Shown: piece after piece, positions 30,507 to 40,850 of the stretch | Layout: each line of letters starts with the position of its first letter | How positions within the stretch are numbered: position 1 is the first letter of the stretch | Origin: Acholeplasmatales bacterium | GTDB lineage: Bacteria > Bacillota_I > Bacilli_A > ML615J-28 > CAG-313 | Length of the DNA stretch: 64,000 bases | Direction: 5' to 3' | Assembly (NCBI GenBank): GCA_003539625.1 | Contig: DPOU01000003.1 | Coordinates: 21,590 to 85,589, forward strand | The notes under the pieces: generated by a model | Seen by the model: the letters and a program-made list of their open reading frames with translations, nothing else | What the model was told of the DNA's origin: nothing | The model's database searches: none | Program-made: the position numbers and the translations under genes

Positions 30507-31473
30507 CTTCATCACCATTATCAATGAATAATCCTGCAATATAATCTTCTAAATCGAAATATTCTAAATCTTCCATTTTTTCACCAAGTCCAACCATCTT
30601 TATTGGAAGATTATATTTATCTCTAATTGCTAAAACGATACCACCTTTACTAGTACCATCTAATTTTGTTAGTATAACTCCTGTAATATTTGTCACTTCC
30701 ATAAATGCTTCAGCTTGTGACAAACCATTTTGACCTGTTGTTGCGTCAATCACTAATAGAGTTTCTTGAGGAGCCCCTTCAACCTCTCTTGCGATAACCC
30801 GATGCATTTTTTCTAATTCTTTCATCAAATTAGTTTTATTTTGTAATCTACCTGCTGTATCACAAAGTAATATGTCATATTTTTCATTCTTTGCTTTTTG
30901 AATTGCTTCAAAAATTACACTAGATGGATCTGTTGCACCTTTTTTTATAACAATATCAACACCAACTTTTTTAGCCCAGATTTCTAATTGGTCTACTGCA
31001 CCTGCTCTAAATGTATCTCCAGCCGCAAGCAATACTTTTTTGCCTTCATTTTTTAAACGATAAGCAATTTTGGCAATTGTTGTAGTTTTACCTACACCAT
31101 TAACACCTACAAACAAGAAAACTGATAATCCGTTTTCATTTATATTAAAGTTATTATTTACAATTTGCCCTTTTAAATACAATTCAAACATTTTATCAAC
31201 TATGATAGGTTGAAGTTCTTCGGCAGTCTTCAATCCTTGAACTCTTTCGTCTTCTTTTAATGCTTCAATAAAATCTAAGGTTGTTTCAACACCGATATCA
31301 GCCATTATGAACGCATCAGTTAAATCGTCAAATAATTCTTCGTTAATTTCGTTACCGCTAAGAATTGCTTTTAATTTACTCATTAAACCTTGACGGGTTT
31401 TTTTCATACCTAGATTATATTTTTTATTTTTATCATCTTTTGGTTTTTTCTTAAATATGTCAAATAGCCCCAT
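30496..31473 (-). CDS. ftsY: SRP receptor FtsY
   Basis: GVNGVGKTTT, DTAGR and TKLDGTSKGG. Confidence 0.95.
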   Translation of the reverse strand: MGLFDIFKKKPKDDKNKKYNLGMKKTRQGLMSKLKAILSGNEINEELFDDLTDAFIMADIGVETTLDFIEALKEDERVQGLKTAEELQPIIVDKMFELYLKGQIVNNNFNINENGLSVFLFVGVNGVGKTTTIAKIAYRLKNEGKKVLLAAGDTFRAGAVDQLEIWAKKVGVDIVIKKGATDPSSVIFEAIQKAKNEKYDILLCDTAGRLQNKTNLMKELEKMHRVIAREVEGAPQETLLVIDATTGQNGLSQAEAFMEVTNITGVILTKLDGTSKGGIVLAIRDKYNLPIKMVGLGEKMEDLEYFDLEDYIAGLFIDNGDEDGE

Positions 31474-31559
31474 TTGATACCTCTATTTATTAATTATTAA
31501 TTTTATTCTTTATCCTATTCATTATACTATATTATTTATTTTTTTTCAACTTTTAAGCC

Positions 31560-31593
31560 AAAATAAAATAGGCACAAAAATTTATGCCTATTT
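31560..31593 (-). terminator. rho-independent terminator after topA
   Basis: Minus strand reads AATAGGCA-taaattttt-gTGCCTATT followed by TTATTTTGG. Confidence 0.6.
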
Positions 31594-31599
31594 CACATA

Positions 31600-33717
31600 C
31601 TATTCGTTTTTTTCTTCTTTGGCTTTTTTGATTAATCCTTCATTTGATTTACAGTGTTCATTATTACAACGAATAATATCACCAACTTTAATCATTGGAG
31701 CCTTGCAAACAGGACAATAGTCGCCTGTTGGTATTCCTGAAAAAGTTGCTTTACATTGTGGGAATCTACTACATGCATAGAAAAGTGAACCTTTAGAACG
31801 TCCTCTTCCACTTGTACGTTCAACGACATCGCCTTCCTTACATACAGGGCAAGTTACACCAATATGTACCGGTTCCTTTTTAGGAGTCTTTTTAATATAT
31901 TTACAATGAGGATAACCAGAACAAGCAGTGAATTCACCAAATGGACCTCTTCTTATAAATAATGGTAAGCCACATTCTGGACAGAACTCATCTGTAATCT
32001 TTGGATATATTTTAACCATATTATCCCTAGCATTTTCAATTAATGGTGCAAAAACATCATAGAATTTGCGTAATTCTTCATACCATACTGCTTTTCCTTC
32101 CGCAATCTTATCCAAAGTTGTTTCCATATCAGCAGTGTATTTTACATTGATGATGTCACTAAAGAATAATTCAAGTTGTTCAGTAGTTAAAGTACCTTGA
32201 GCAGTTGGAACAAATGTACGTTTATCCATAGTAACATAGGCCCTTGCGCGCAAAGTTTCCATTGTTAATGCATAAGTTGATGGACGACCAATTCCAAGTT
32301 CTTCCATTTTTTTGATTAATCTAGCTTCTGTATAACGGTATGGTGGTGATGTGAATTTTTGTTCTTTGTTAATTTCTTTAAATGTAAGTTTTTCACCTAT
32401 TGCTAGTTCCGGTAATTTTTCTAATTCATCATCTTCATCAGTTAAACTAGCTTCTTCATAAATTGTTCTAAAACCATCAAATAAGGTAACTTCACCAGTT
32501 AAATTAAAAATATAGTCATTATTTTCAATGTCGACTTTAGTATCTTCTAATATGCTATCACTCATAAGTGAAGCTATTGCTCTATTATATATTAAGGAAT
32601 AGACTTTAAATTCATCTAAGCGTAAATAACTTTTTACACTTTCAGGATTTCTCAAAATATTAGTAGGTCTAATTGCTTCATGGGCATCTTGAATATTTTT
32701 ACCCTTAGGTGCTTTTTTAATTCCTTTATAGTATTTCTCACCATATTTTTCAATAATATACTTTTTTGCTGAATCAATAAATTCATCTGATAAACGAATT
32801 GAGTCAGTTCTCATATAAGTAATTAAACCTACACGTTCTTTTCCTAGTTCAACACCTTCATACAATTTCTGAGCGATGCTCATTACACGCTTAGCATTAT
32901 AATTAAATTTTGCACTAGCATCTTGTTGAAGTGTAGATGTAATAAATGGTGGCTTTGAAGCACGATTTCTTTCTTTCTTTGTTATATTAGAAACAACATA
33001 ATTATTTTCATCTAATTTTGCAATTACTTCATTTGTTGTTTCTTCATTTGGTAGATTAATTTTCTCAGTGTTAGTGCCATAAAATTTTGCTTTTAGATTG
33101 TATTCGTTATCGCCAATTTTTTTTGAAAAAATTGCTGATAAATCCCAAAATTCTACTTTATCAAATGCTTGAATTTCTTTTTCACGATCAACTACCAATT
33201 TTAATGCTACAGATTGAACACGACCAGCTGATTTTGAACCAATTTTTTGTTGTAATAAACTAGATAATCTGAAACCAATAATTCTATCTAAGATTCTTCT
33301 TGATTCTTGTGAATGAACTAAATCCATATCGATATCTCTATCATGACTTATGGCTTTCAAGACAGCCGTCTTAGTAATTTCATTAAACACAATTCTTGAA
33401 ACCTTTTCTTTTGGTTGATTTAACACTTCACTTAAGTGCCAACTAATTGCTTCTCCTTCACGGTCGGGGTCGGTTGCAAGGTAAACATGTTCTGCTAGGT
33501 TTGCGGCTGCAGTTAATTTTTCAACTATTTCTTTTTTGTCACTTAATACTTCATATTCAGGTTGAAAATTATTTTGAATATCTACACCAAATCCGCCTTT
33601 ACCCTTGATTTTTAAATCACGAATATGGCCTATACTTGATTCTACTAAATATCCTTCTCCTAAATAATGTCCAATTGTTTTACATTTTGCTGGAGATTCC
33701 ACAATTAATAATTTCAT
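31600..33717 (-). CDS. topA: DNA topoisomerase I
   Basis: Toprim LLIVESPAKCKTI and ATDPDREGE, an active-site ITYMRTDS, and three C-terminal Cys4 zinc ribbons. ATG at 33717 is preceded by GGTGAGGTG; the track start is over-extended. Confidence 0.95.
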   Translation of the reverse strand: MKLLIVESPAKCKTIGHYLGEGYLVESSIGHIRDLKIKGKGGFGVDIQNNFQPEYEVLSDKKEIVEKLTAAANLAEHVYLATDPDREGEAISWHLSEVLNQPKEKVSRIVFNEITKTAVLKAISHDRDIDMDLVHSQESRRILDRIIGFRLSSLLQQKIGSKSAGRVQSVALKLVVDREKEIQAFDKVEFWDLSAIFSKKIGDNEYNLKAKFYGTNTEKINLPNEETTNEVIAKLDENNYVVSNITKKERNRASKPPFITSTLQQDASAKFNYNAKRVMSIAQKLYEGVELGKERVGLITYMRTDSIRLSDEFIDSAKKYIIEKYGEKYYKGIKKAPKGKNIQDAHEAIRPTNILRNPESVKSYLRLDEFKVYSLIYNRAIASLMSDSILEDTKVDIENNDYIFNLTGEVTLFDGFRTIYEEASLTDEDDELEKLPELAIGEKLTFKEINKEQKFTSPPYRYTEARLIKKMEELGIGRPSTYALTMETLRARAYVTMDKRTFVPTAQGTLTTEQLELFFSDIINVKYTADMETTLDKIAEGKAVWYEELRKFYDVFAPLIENARDNMVKIYPKITDEFCPECGLPLFIRRGPFGEFTACSGYPHCKYIKKTPKKEPVHIGVTCPVCKEGDVVERTSGRGRSKGSLFYACSRFPQCKATFSGIPTGDYCPVCKAPMIKVGDIIRCNNEHCKSNEGLIKKAKEEKNE

Positions 33718-33876
33718 ACTGCACCTCACCCATATTTTTGCTTTTTGATTATATAACACCAATTTAAATAAGTCAAACAAAAAGATTAAAAACATTTCTT
33801 ATTTTTTTGCTATTTTTCTTTATTTTTTATCACTAAACTATGAAAACTGTTAATTATAGAAAAAAACAAGCCTAAT

Positions 33877-34512
33877 CTAAGACTTGTTTTCGTTTTCTAA
33901 TAATTTTGTTACTGGTGAATAAGTTTTTCTATGAATTGGTAATACCCCCAGTTCTTTTAAGGCTACCATATGAGCTTTTGTAGGATACCCCTTATTTTTA
34001 GCAAAACCATATCCTGGATATTTTTTATCAAGTAAATCCATGTAATCATCTCGAATTTCTTTTGCGATAATGCTTGCACAACCAATCATAAAACTTTTTT
34101 CATCACCTTTTATTAGTGATATACTTTCAATATCTATATTAAGAGGCATAGCATCAGCCAATATAATTTGAGGTTTAGGATTAAGCCCCCTAATTGCTTT
34201 TTGCATGGCTAGTCTACTTGCTTCATAAATATTGATTTCATCAATCTTTGACTCATCAATAAATACGGTAACAATGCTTAATGCTTTTGTTTCTATTTCT
34301 TTTCTCAATTCTTTGCGTTTTTTAGGAGTTATTTTTTTTGAATCAGTTACACCTTCTATATAGCAATTTTTTGGCATTATTACAGCTGTTGCGACAACAG
34401 GACCAGCTAATGGGCCTCTTCCAACTTCGTCTGTCCCCGCAATATATTCAATTCCTTCGCTATATAGTTTACGCTCAAATTGATAATTATCAATTGTTTG
34501 TTTCATCGCCAC
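33877..34512 (-). CDS. rnhB: ribonuclease HII
   Basis: GTDEVGRGPLAGPVV motif. Confidence 0.92.
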   Translation of the reverse strand: MAMKQTIDNYQFERKLYSEGIEYIAGTDEVGRGPLAGPVVATAVIMPKNCYIEGVTDSKKITPKKRKELRKEIETKALSIVTVFIDESKIDEINIYEASRLAMQKAIRGLNPKPQIILADAMPLNIDIESISLIKGDEKSFMIGCASIIAKEIRDDYMDLLDKKYPGYGFAKNKGYPTKAHMVALKELGVLPIHRKTYSPVTKLLENENKS

Positions 34513-35389
34513 ACCTATCTAAAGTAAATCTACCGTAATATCCACTTCTTGCTTCTTGCAAGATAAATAATGCGGTCCTTTCTAAATCATATTCCTTATT
34601 GGATAAATAGTAATTCTGTTTTTTAGCTATTAACTCTAACTGTTCCATTGCATTAAGATTCGTGAAATCCAATTGATATCTATTTGTTAAAGCATTGGGA
34701 TAATATTTATTCAAGAAATCAATGAAGTAAGTAGCAACGTCTATAATTGGTAAAATGTTATCATTTATACCACCAGTTATTGCAAGATGTAAGCCAATTA
34801 CTTGATCGTCAAATTTTGGCCATAATACCCCTGGCGTATCTAATAATTCCAAGTCTTGGTTAATTCTAATCCATTGTTGTACTTTAGTTACTCCTGGTTT
34901 ATCACCTACTGCGGTAACCCTTTTGCCTACTAAAGCATTGATTAAAGTAGACTTACCAACATTAGGAATTCCTACAATCATCGTTTTAATTGCACGTGGT
35001 TTTAAGCCTCTTGCTAAATCTTTTGCTCTTTTTTCAACAAGTAAATTGGTTGCTTCTTTAACTATTAGTTTACTATTTTTTAACTCTCTCGCATCTAAAG
35101 CAATAGCTCTTTTATTTTGTTTTTCATAGTATGCAAGCCATTTTAAAGTTTCAATTGAATCAGCTTTGTCCTTTTTAGTTAATACGTATAGTACCTTTCG
35201 ATTATTTAACACTTCTTCTAAAAGAGGATTAAAGGATGATTTAGGTATTCTTGCGTCAAGTAGGACAATTACTAAATCAACAATTTTTACTTTTTCATTT
35301 ATTTCTTTTATGGCTTTAGCCATATGACCAGGATACCAATTTATTGAAACTTTTTGAAAGTTTTCGTTAATTTCATTATTGTCTTTCAT
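34490..35389 (-). CDS. rbgA: ribosome biogenesis GTPase A (YlqF)
   Basis: WYPGHMAKA and circularly permuted GTPase motifs (TKKD ... GIPNVGKSTLIN ... DTPG). Confidence 0.92.
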   Translation of the reverse strand: MKDNNEINENFQKVSINWYPGHMAKAIKEINEKVKIVDLVIVLLDARIPKSSFNPLLEEVLNNRKVLYVLTKKDKADSIETLKWLAYYEKQNKRAIALDARELKNSKLIVKEATNLLVEKRAKDLARGLKPRAIKTMIVGIPNVGKSTLINALVGKRVTAVGDKPGVTKVQQWIRINQDLELLDTPGVLWPKFDDQVIGLHLAITGGINDNILPIIDVATYFIDFLNKYYPNALTNRYQLDFTNLNAMEQLELIAKKQNYYLSNKEYDLERTALFILQEARSGYYGRFTLDRCGDETNN

Positions 35390-35410
35390 ATATTTTCGCT
35401 TTCTTTATTT

Positions 35411-35965
35411 TTATAATCTTTTTATAATTTTACCAGGATTACCGGCAACAAGACAATTAGCAGGAATATCTTTTGTGACAACACTTCCAGCTCCAATGAC
35501 AACATTATCACCAATGGTAACTCCTGGAAGTACACAAACATTTCCACCAATCCAAACATTATTTCCTATTTTAATTGGTTTAGCATATTCTAATCCTTTA
35601 TTTCTTGACACATAATCTAACGGATGTCCAGCTGTATAGAATCCACAATTAGGACCAATAAATACATTATCGCCAAATTCTACTTTATTAGCGTCTAGTA
35701 TAACTAAATTATGATTGGCGTAAAAATTTTTGCCTAAAGAAATATTAAATCCGTAATCGCAATAAAAATTAGGTTCTATCTCAAGAATATCTATTTTTTT
35801 GCCGAAAAGTTGTTCTAAAATTGCTTTTTTAGTATCACTATCTCTAACATCACAATCATTATATTTTTTGCATAGTTCCTTGGCTTTTAGTCTTTTTTTG
35901 GTCAATTCAGAGTTATAATTGGCATCATATAATTCGCCAGCTAACATCTTTTCTATTTCATTCAT
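35411..35965 (-). CDS. maltose/galactoside O-acetyltransferase family (Mac domain + hexapeptide repeats)
   Basis: N-terminal MLAGELYDA...KRLKAKELCKKYN and LbH repeats GNNVWIGGNVCVLPGVTIGDNVVIGAGSVV. Confidence 0.85.
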   Translation of the reverse strand: MNEIEKMLAGELYDANYNSELTKKRLKAKELCKKYNDCDVRDSDTKKAILEQLFGKKIDILEIEPNFYCDYGFNISLGKNFYANHNLVILDANKVEFGDNVFIGPNCGFYTAGHPLDYVSRNKGLEYAKPIKIGNNVWIGGNVCVLPGVTIGDNVVIGAGSVVTKDIPANCLVAGNPGKIIKRL

Positions 35966-36004
35966 ATTGGACTTTATTCCCTCCTAATTACTATCGCGAT
36001 ATTT

Positions 36005-36886
36005 TTATTTTCCTGTATATTCACCAATTTTACCTTTTGGTATAATGTAATTCATATGCTCAACTGCTACTCCGATAATATTTCCTTCTGGAATTAATCC
36101 AATTTGTCTACTATCGGTACTATTCAAGCGGTTATCACCCATTACAAAGTAATAACCTTCTGGTATTACAAAACCATTTTGTTCATTTAAATACTTCTTT
36201 ATACCATTTTCTTTATAGAAAACGCCATTGGTGTCAACCTGATTAATACCTCTTGGAGCCACTGTTTCACCATTTAACTTAAATGTGTGTGTAGCTTCAT
36301 CCCATTTAATAGTATCACCTGGTACACCTATTACTCTCTTGATGAAATATTCTGTACTTCGATAATCATTATCGGTGGGATTTACTTCTAATATAACAAC
36401 TTCATTCTTGGTTATTTTTTTGTTGTATAATACCAAAACATGTTCGCCACTTTCGATAGTTGGTTCCATTGACATTCCTTCTACTGGGGTAATAATAAAA
36501 AGATAAGAAAAACAGAATATAGTTATAACAATACAAATAGGTAAAATTACAAAGATATCTAGTACATTGAAAATGCCTTGTTTGGTTTTAAACGGAATTT
36601 TGCTTAATAATTTTGGAGATATCTTTTGAAGTATTAATGCAACGATTCCAATAAAGCCTATAACAGCTGTAACTATCATTACAATGGTTAAAAAAGTAAT
36701 GCTATTACTAAATGTAACATCGCCCTTAAAATTACTAACTTTAGAAAAGATAATTATAAATAAATATATTAATGTTGTTATTACACATATTATAATGCAT
36801 TTAATCAGTTTTTTATCAATCGTTAATCTAGCAGCTAAAGGATTATTTTCTTTATAATAGTTTTCAAGATATTTATTTTTATCCAT
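36005..36886 (-). CDS. lepB: signal peptidase I with a long multi-TM N-terminal extension
   Basis: Catalytic boxes GMSMEPT, KRVIGVPGD and GDNRLNSTDSR, preceded by about 130 aa containing three hydrophobic helices. Confidence 0.88.
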   Translation of the reverse strand: MDKNKYLENYYKENNPLAARLTIDKKLIKCIIICVITTLIYLFIIIFSKVSNFKGDVTFSNSITFLTIVMIVTAVIGFIGIVALILQKISPKLLSKIPFKTKQGIFNVLDIFVILPICIVITIFCFSYLFIITPVEGMSMEPTIESGEHVLVLYNKKITKNEVVILEVNPTDNDYRSTEYFIKRVIGVPGDTIKWDEATHTFKLNGETVAPRGINQVDTNGVFYKENGIKKYLNEQNGFVIPEGYYFVMGDNRLNSTDSRQIGLIPEGNIIGVAVEHMNYIIPKGKIGEYTGK

Positions 36887-38972
36887 TTTGTTCTTCTCTT
36901 TCTAACATTTCTGTAAATTCTGCCTCATCAACTAACACTTCACGTTGTTTTCCTCTTACGCCTTCACTGATGACATTCATTTCAATTAATGCAAGAATGA
37001 TATCGTTGACACGATTGAATCCCATATTGAATATTTTAGTTAATTGATTAACTGATGCATTCTTATTACGAACTATATAGTAAGCAACTTCTTCAAAGCA
37101 TTCATCATTTCGTCCAGTATTGCGACTAACACTAGTATTTGCGGCTTGGCGTGATACAGTTGATTGATGAATTTCTTCTTTGGTTACAATGTAATCACAA
37201 GTATTGTTTTCACGTAAGAATCTAGTAACTTTTTTGATGTCACCATTGGGTACAAAGGCGCCTTGTAAACGTTGCTCTGGATGACCAGCATAACGTATAA
37301 GCATATCACCTTTTCCTTCTAATTTTTCAGCACCACTAGCTCCTAGTATTACTTTTGCATCATCGAATGAAGCAACCCTGAATGCTATTCTAGTATCAAA
37401 ATTAGCTTTAATTGTACCTTTAATAACATCTTTAGAAGGTCTTTGAGCAGCAAGTAAAATGTTTATACCAGCTGCACGAGCTTTTTGGGCAAGTCTTTGC
37501 ATATAAGTTTCTATTTCTATTCCTGCATTAGTAAACCAATCACTAAATTCATCCATCATAACAATAATATATGGCATAAGGGGTTCTTTATTTTCTTTTC
37601 TAACTTCGTTATAGTCCATTATGTTACGTTCTCCATATTTAGAAAATTCACCATAACGTCTTTCCATCTCATCGCATACCCAAGCTAAGGCACTTTGAAA
37701 ATCTTCTTGTTCAGTAACTACGGGCATTGCTAGATGTGGAATATCTTCATATGCACCAAGTTCGATACGTTTTGGATCGATTAACACTAATCTTAATTGA
37801 TCTGGTGTGAAATGATAAATTAAGCTAATTAAAAACGCATTTAAGCAGACACTTTTACCAGACTTAGTAGTACCCGCAATAAGACCATGAGGCATTTCAG
37901 TTAAATCTATATAAACAAAATTACCATAGTTATCTTGCCCAACTGCCACAGGTACAAAGAAAGGTGAATTTTTAAATTCTTTGCTTGCTAACATATCACC
38001 CAGGAAAACCGTACGCCTATTTTCTGGTCTTTTTGGCACTTCAATTCCCGCAAATGGTTTGCCAGGTATCGGTGTTTGAATTCTTATTGATTCGCATTGT
38101 AAATACATAAGTAAGTTAGATTCAACTTTTCTAATATCTTTGACATTAACACCTTGTTCAATTTTTATTAAAAATTGCGTTACTGTTGGTCCAAAAATAT
38201 AACTTGCAACTGAAGCTTTGATTCCTGATTCTCTAAATGTTTGATTAATTATTTCAGCTTGTTCACGAGCAGCTTGATTATTTTCTTTACTTTCTTGGCC
38301 AGATCTAGTTAATAAATCTAAACTTGGCGCAACATATTTTGTTTTCTTGACTTTAACAACTGGTTTTGTAGGTTGTACAACTTGTTGCTTTGGCACATTT
38401 TCAACAGGTTGAGGTTTTACAGGTGTTGCAATTTTTGGTTCTACCTTTTCAGTTTCAACCTCAATTTTTTCTTCATAAGTATTAGTTGGAGCTTCCTTAG
38501 GTTTAATGTCTTCACGTTCAATTGGTTTATTAGCCATTTGTTGATAAGTAGTTGTGTATAAATCAATATCATTATTTAAATCTTCGAAACTATCTTGATA
38601 AATTTGATCAATTTGACTTGTAATATCATATGTATCATCTTCTAGTTCAACACCATCATCAAAATAACCTATTTGCTTGTCTACTATTGGTTCTTCAACT
38701 TTGATGTTTGGTTTATTTATATTAGGAGTTGGTTGTTCTTCTTTTTGAACAGTTTCTTTTCTAATTGAATTATATCTACTTGGATCTACTCGATACCCGT
38801 ATGATTCTGCATATGAGATTTTTTCTCTTAGTTTAGAATTACTATTAGTTTTTGTTTCCTCTTTTTGATCTCTAACCACTTCATCATCGTCACTCATTTT
38901 GCCGTTTCTTACGATACGATGAATATAAAACTCTCTTCTTTGGCTTAATTTATTTTTATCGCTACTAAGCAT
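36879..38972 (-). CDS. FtsK/SpoIIIE-family DNA translocase without transmembrane domain (SftA-like)
   Basis: Walker A GTTKSGKSV, Walker B VMMDEFSD, and a C-terminal winged-helix gamma-like domain (ASVNQLTKIFNMGFNRVNDIILAL). The first ~200 aa are hydrophilic and low-complexity with no hydrophobic helix. Confidence 0.88.
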   Translation of the reverse strand: MLSSDKNKLSQRREFYIHRIVRNGKMSDDDEVVRDQKEETKTNSNSKLREKISYAESYGYRVDPSRYNSIRKETVQKEEQPTPNINKPNIKVEEPIVDKQIGYFDDGVELEDDTYDITSQIDQIYQDSFEDLNNDIDLYTTTYQQMANKPIEREDIKPKEAPTNTYEEKIEVETEKVEPKIATPVKPQPVENVPKQQVVQPTKPVVKVKKTKYVAPSLDLLTRSGQESKENNQAAREQAEIINQTFRESGIKASVASYIFGPTVTQFLIKIEQGVNVKDIRKVESNLLMYLQCESIRIQTPIPGKPFAGIEVPKRPENRRTVFLGDMLASKEFKNSPFFVPVAVGQDNYGNFVYIDLTEMPHGLIAGTTKSGKSVCLNAFLISLIYHFTPDQLRLVLIDPKRIELGAYEDIPHLAMPVVTEQEDFQSALAWVCDEMERRYGEFSKYGERNIMDYNEVRKENKEPLMPYIIVMMDEFSDWFTNAGIEIETYMQRLAQKARAAGINILLAAQRPSKDVIKGTIKANFDTRIAFRVASFDDAKVILGASGAEKLEGKGDMLIRYAGHPEQRLQGAFVPNGDIKKVTRFLRENNTCDYIVTKEEIHQSTVSRQAANTSVSRNTGRNDECFEEVAYYIVRNKNASVNQLTKIFNMGFNRVNDIILALIEMNVISEGVRGKQREVLVDEAEFTEMLEREEQNG

Positions 38973-39861
38973 CTTGTTCCTCCTTTTCTAATTCTTCTAA
39001 AATTTGTTCAATTTCCATTTCTCTGATTGATTTTTCTTTATCAAAGATTTTTTTACTATATGTTTTATTACTTTCATCCGCAACTATATCAATAATTATT
39101 AAAGATATTTTTCTTGTCGCAAAACTGATTGTTGAATTAACCACTAGTTTTTTAAACCAGTGAATGGGATTTATTATTTTTACAGCATCAATCAAGAAAC
39201 TCTTTATTTTACCAACATGGGCTTTTTTAGTTGCTTTTACTATTTTGTTTTCATCTATTCTTTTTTTAGTATCAATTATTTCAAATATTTTACTGACACT
39301 TATTTTTTTAAATGGTTTTAAAATTGGATGATCAAAAACCTCATCAATACGATTAGATAAATAGTGTAAAAATAATATCATTTCTTCAATTGTAAGCTCA
39401 TATAATGGATATTTCGAAGTTGGATAATATAATGTGGCAATTTGATTTATTTCTAAATATAATTTGCTACCCAAGACTTCAAAACGTTCTCTAACCATTA
39501 AGCCTTCGGTATCTTCAACATAACTTTTTTTAATATTCTCAACTATTTCTTGAACCAATTCATCACTTGCAATAAAAGCATTGGCTTTTATTTTTTCTTC
39601 TTGATTATTTATTGATTTAAATAGTAATATACTATATATGCTTGAACAAATGACAAAACCTACAACTATTCCTGCCACCAATATCCAAAAAGAAGACCAG
39701 CTAATGGTTTCTTGTAATTTAGAAAATAGTTCAGTAAAGAAGCCATCTATTTTTTCAATTAATGAATTATAAACCACTAAACTCATCTCCCATCTACTTC
39801 TAATTATTTTACCATAAAGTACTTTAAATTGCAAGAAAATATCTATATATTTTATTGGCAT
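38965..39861 (-). CDS. single-TM membrane protein of unknown function, overlapping the ftsK-like start
   Basis: One hydrophobic helix (WSSFWILVAGIVVGFVICSSIYSILLF), then about 200 aa that look helical, with an acidic C-terminus. A TTGCAA-17-TAAAAT promoter at about 39797..39825 lies inside the 5' end of the track ORF, so the real start is probably ATG 39786 (MSLVVYNSL). Confidence 0.5.
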   Translation of the reverse strand: MPIKYIDIFLQFKVLYGKIIRSRWEMSLVVYNSLIEKIDGFFTELFSKLQETISWSSFWILVAGIVVGFVICSSIYSILLFKSINNQEEKIKANAFIASDELVQEIVENIKKSYVEDTEGLMVRERFEVLGSKLYLEINQIATLYYPTSKYPLYELTIEEMILFLHYLSNRIDEVFDHPILKPFKKISVSKIFEIIDTKKRIDENKIVKATKKAHVGKIKSFLIDAVKIINPIHWFKKLVVNSTISFATRKISLIIIDIVADESNKTYSKKIFDKEKSIREMEIEQILEELEKEEQDA

Positions 39862-39939
39862 AAAAACGCATAATTAGACAATTGTTATAAGATATGTTAT
39901 AATTGATTTACTTATTAATTATGTAAAGTTGGTGATATT

Positions 39940-40752
39940 ATGAAACCTTATTTAATTGTTATTGATTTAGATGGTACATTGATGTTAGACTTTTCACATT
40001 ATGACCAAGAAACTTTTGATTATATAAAGAAATTGAGCCACGAAGGGCATAAAATTATGTTAGCAACCGGAAGACCACTTCGTTCAAGTTATTTTGTCTA
40101 TGAAGCATTAGGTCTTGATACCCCTTTAATCAACTATAACGGAGCTCGTGTAACTAATCCTAAAGATCCAAACTATCCTACCACTGATTTAAGAATAAGT
40201 CGTGATGATTTGCTTGAAATAATTGATTTTACTAAGGATGATTTGATTAACGTATTTTGTGAAATTATTGATGACATCTATGTTCAAGAATATAATGAAT
40301 TTATCCATCCTTTTTTACACATTAATAGTGATTTTGGAAAATTACATATTGGAAAATTGCGTGATACATTACCAGATGATCCCAATGGCTCTTTATTTTT
40401 TCTAAAAAAAGGAACTATAGATCGTTTTGTTGAACATATAAATAATAACTATAAAGGTAGATTATTTCCAAGATATTGGGAAATTGATGATAACTATATA
40501 GTTGAGGTATACAATCCTCTAGTTGATAAAAGTGTTGGTTTTGAGAATGCTTGTAAATACTATAATATTCCAAAAGTTCGAACTATAGCTATTGGCGATG
40601 GTCACAATGATATTGGAATGTTAGACTTTGCACATATCAAAGTTGCTATGAAGAACGCAAATCCTGAGTTATTTAGTCATGCTAATTATATTACAGAAAG
40701 ATTTGACCAACAAGGAGTTTTAAAATTTTTAAAAAGTTTCTTTGAAGAGTAA
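39940..40752 (+). CDS. Cof-type HAD-IIB phosphatase
   Basis: IDLDGTL, ATGRP and GDGHNDIGM motifs. Confidence 0.88.
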   Translation: MKPYLIVIDLDGTLMLDFSHYDQETFDYIKKLSHEGHKIMLATGRPLRSSYFVYEALGLDTPLINYNGARVTNPKDPNYPTTDLRISRDDLLEIIDFTKDDLINVFCEIIDDIYVQEYNEFIHPFLHINSDFGKLHIGKLRDTLPDDPNGSLFFLKKGTIDRFVEHINNNYKGRLFPRYWEIDDNYIVEVYNPLVDKSVGFENACKYYNIPKVRTIAIGDGHNDIGMLDFAHIKVAMKNANPELFSHANYITERFDQQGVLKFLKSFFEE

Positions 40753-40784
40753 AAAATGAATTATTTGAATGAAATAGTCAAGAA

Positions 40785-40818
40785 AAAGTAGGCACAAAAA
40801 GTGTCTACTTTTATTTTA
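40785..40818. terminator. bidirectional terminator between the Cof gene and the glycerate kinase gene
   Basis: AAAGTAGGCAC-aaaaa-GTGTCTACTTT is followed by TTATTTTA and preceded by an A-run. Confidence 0.7.
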
Positions 40819-40850
40819 CCATTTCACTGTTTGAATTCATTTTTTATTTT

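Noticed and set aside
39787-39861. First 25 codons of the 298-aa ORF upstream of the FtsK-like gene (MPIKYIDIFLQFKVLYGKIIRSRWE)
   Set aside because: This segment contains a good TTGCAA-17-TAAAAT promoter with an extended -10 on the same strand, and there is no SD before ATG 39861. The downstream ATG at 39786 is the more likely start, although its own SD spacing is poor, so the start remains uncertain.
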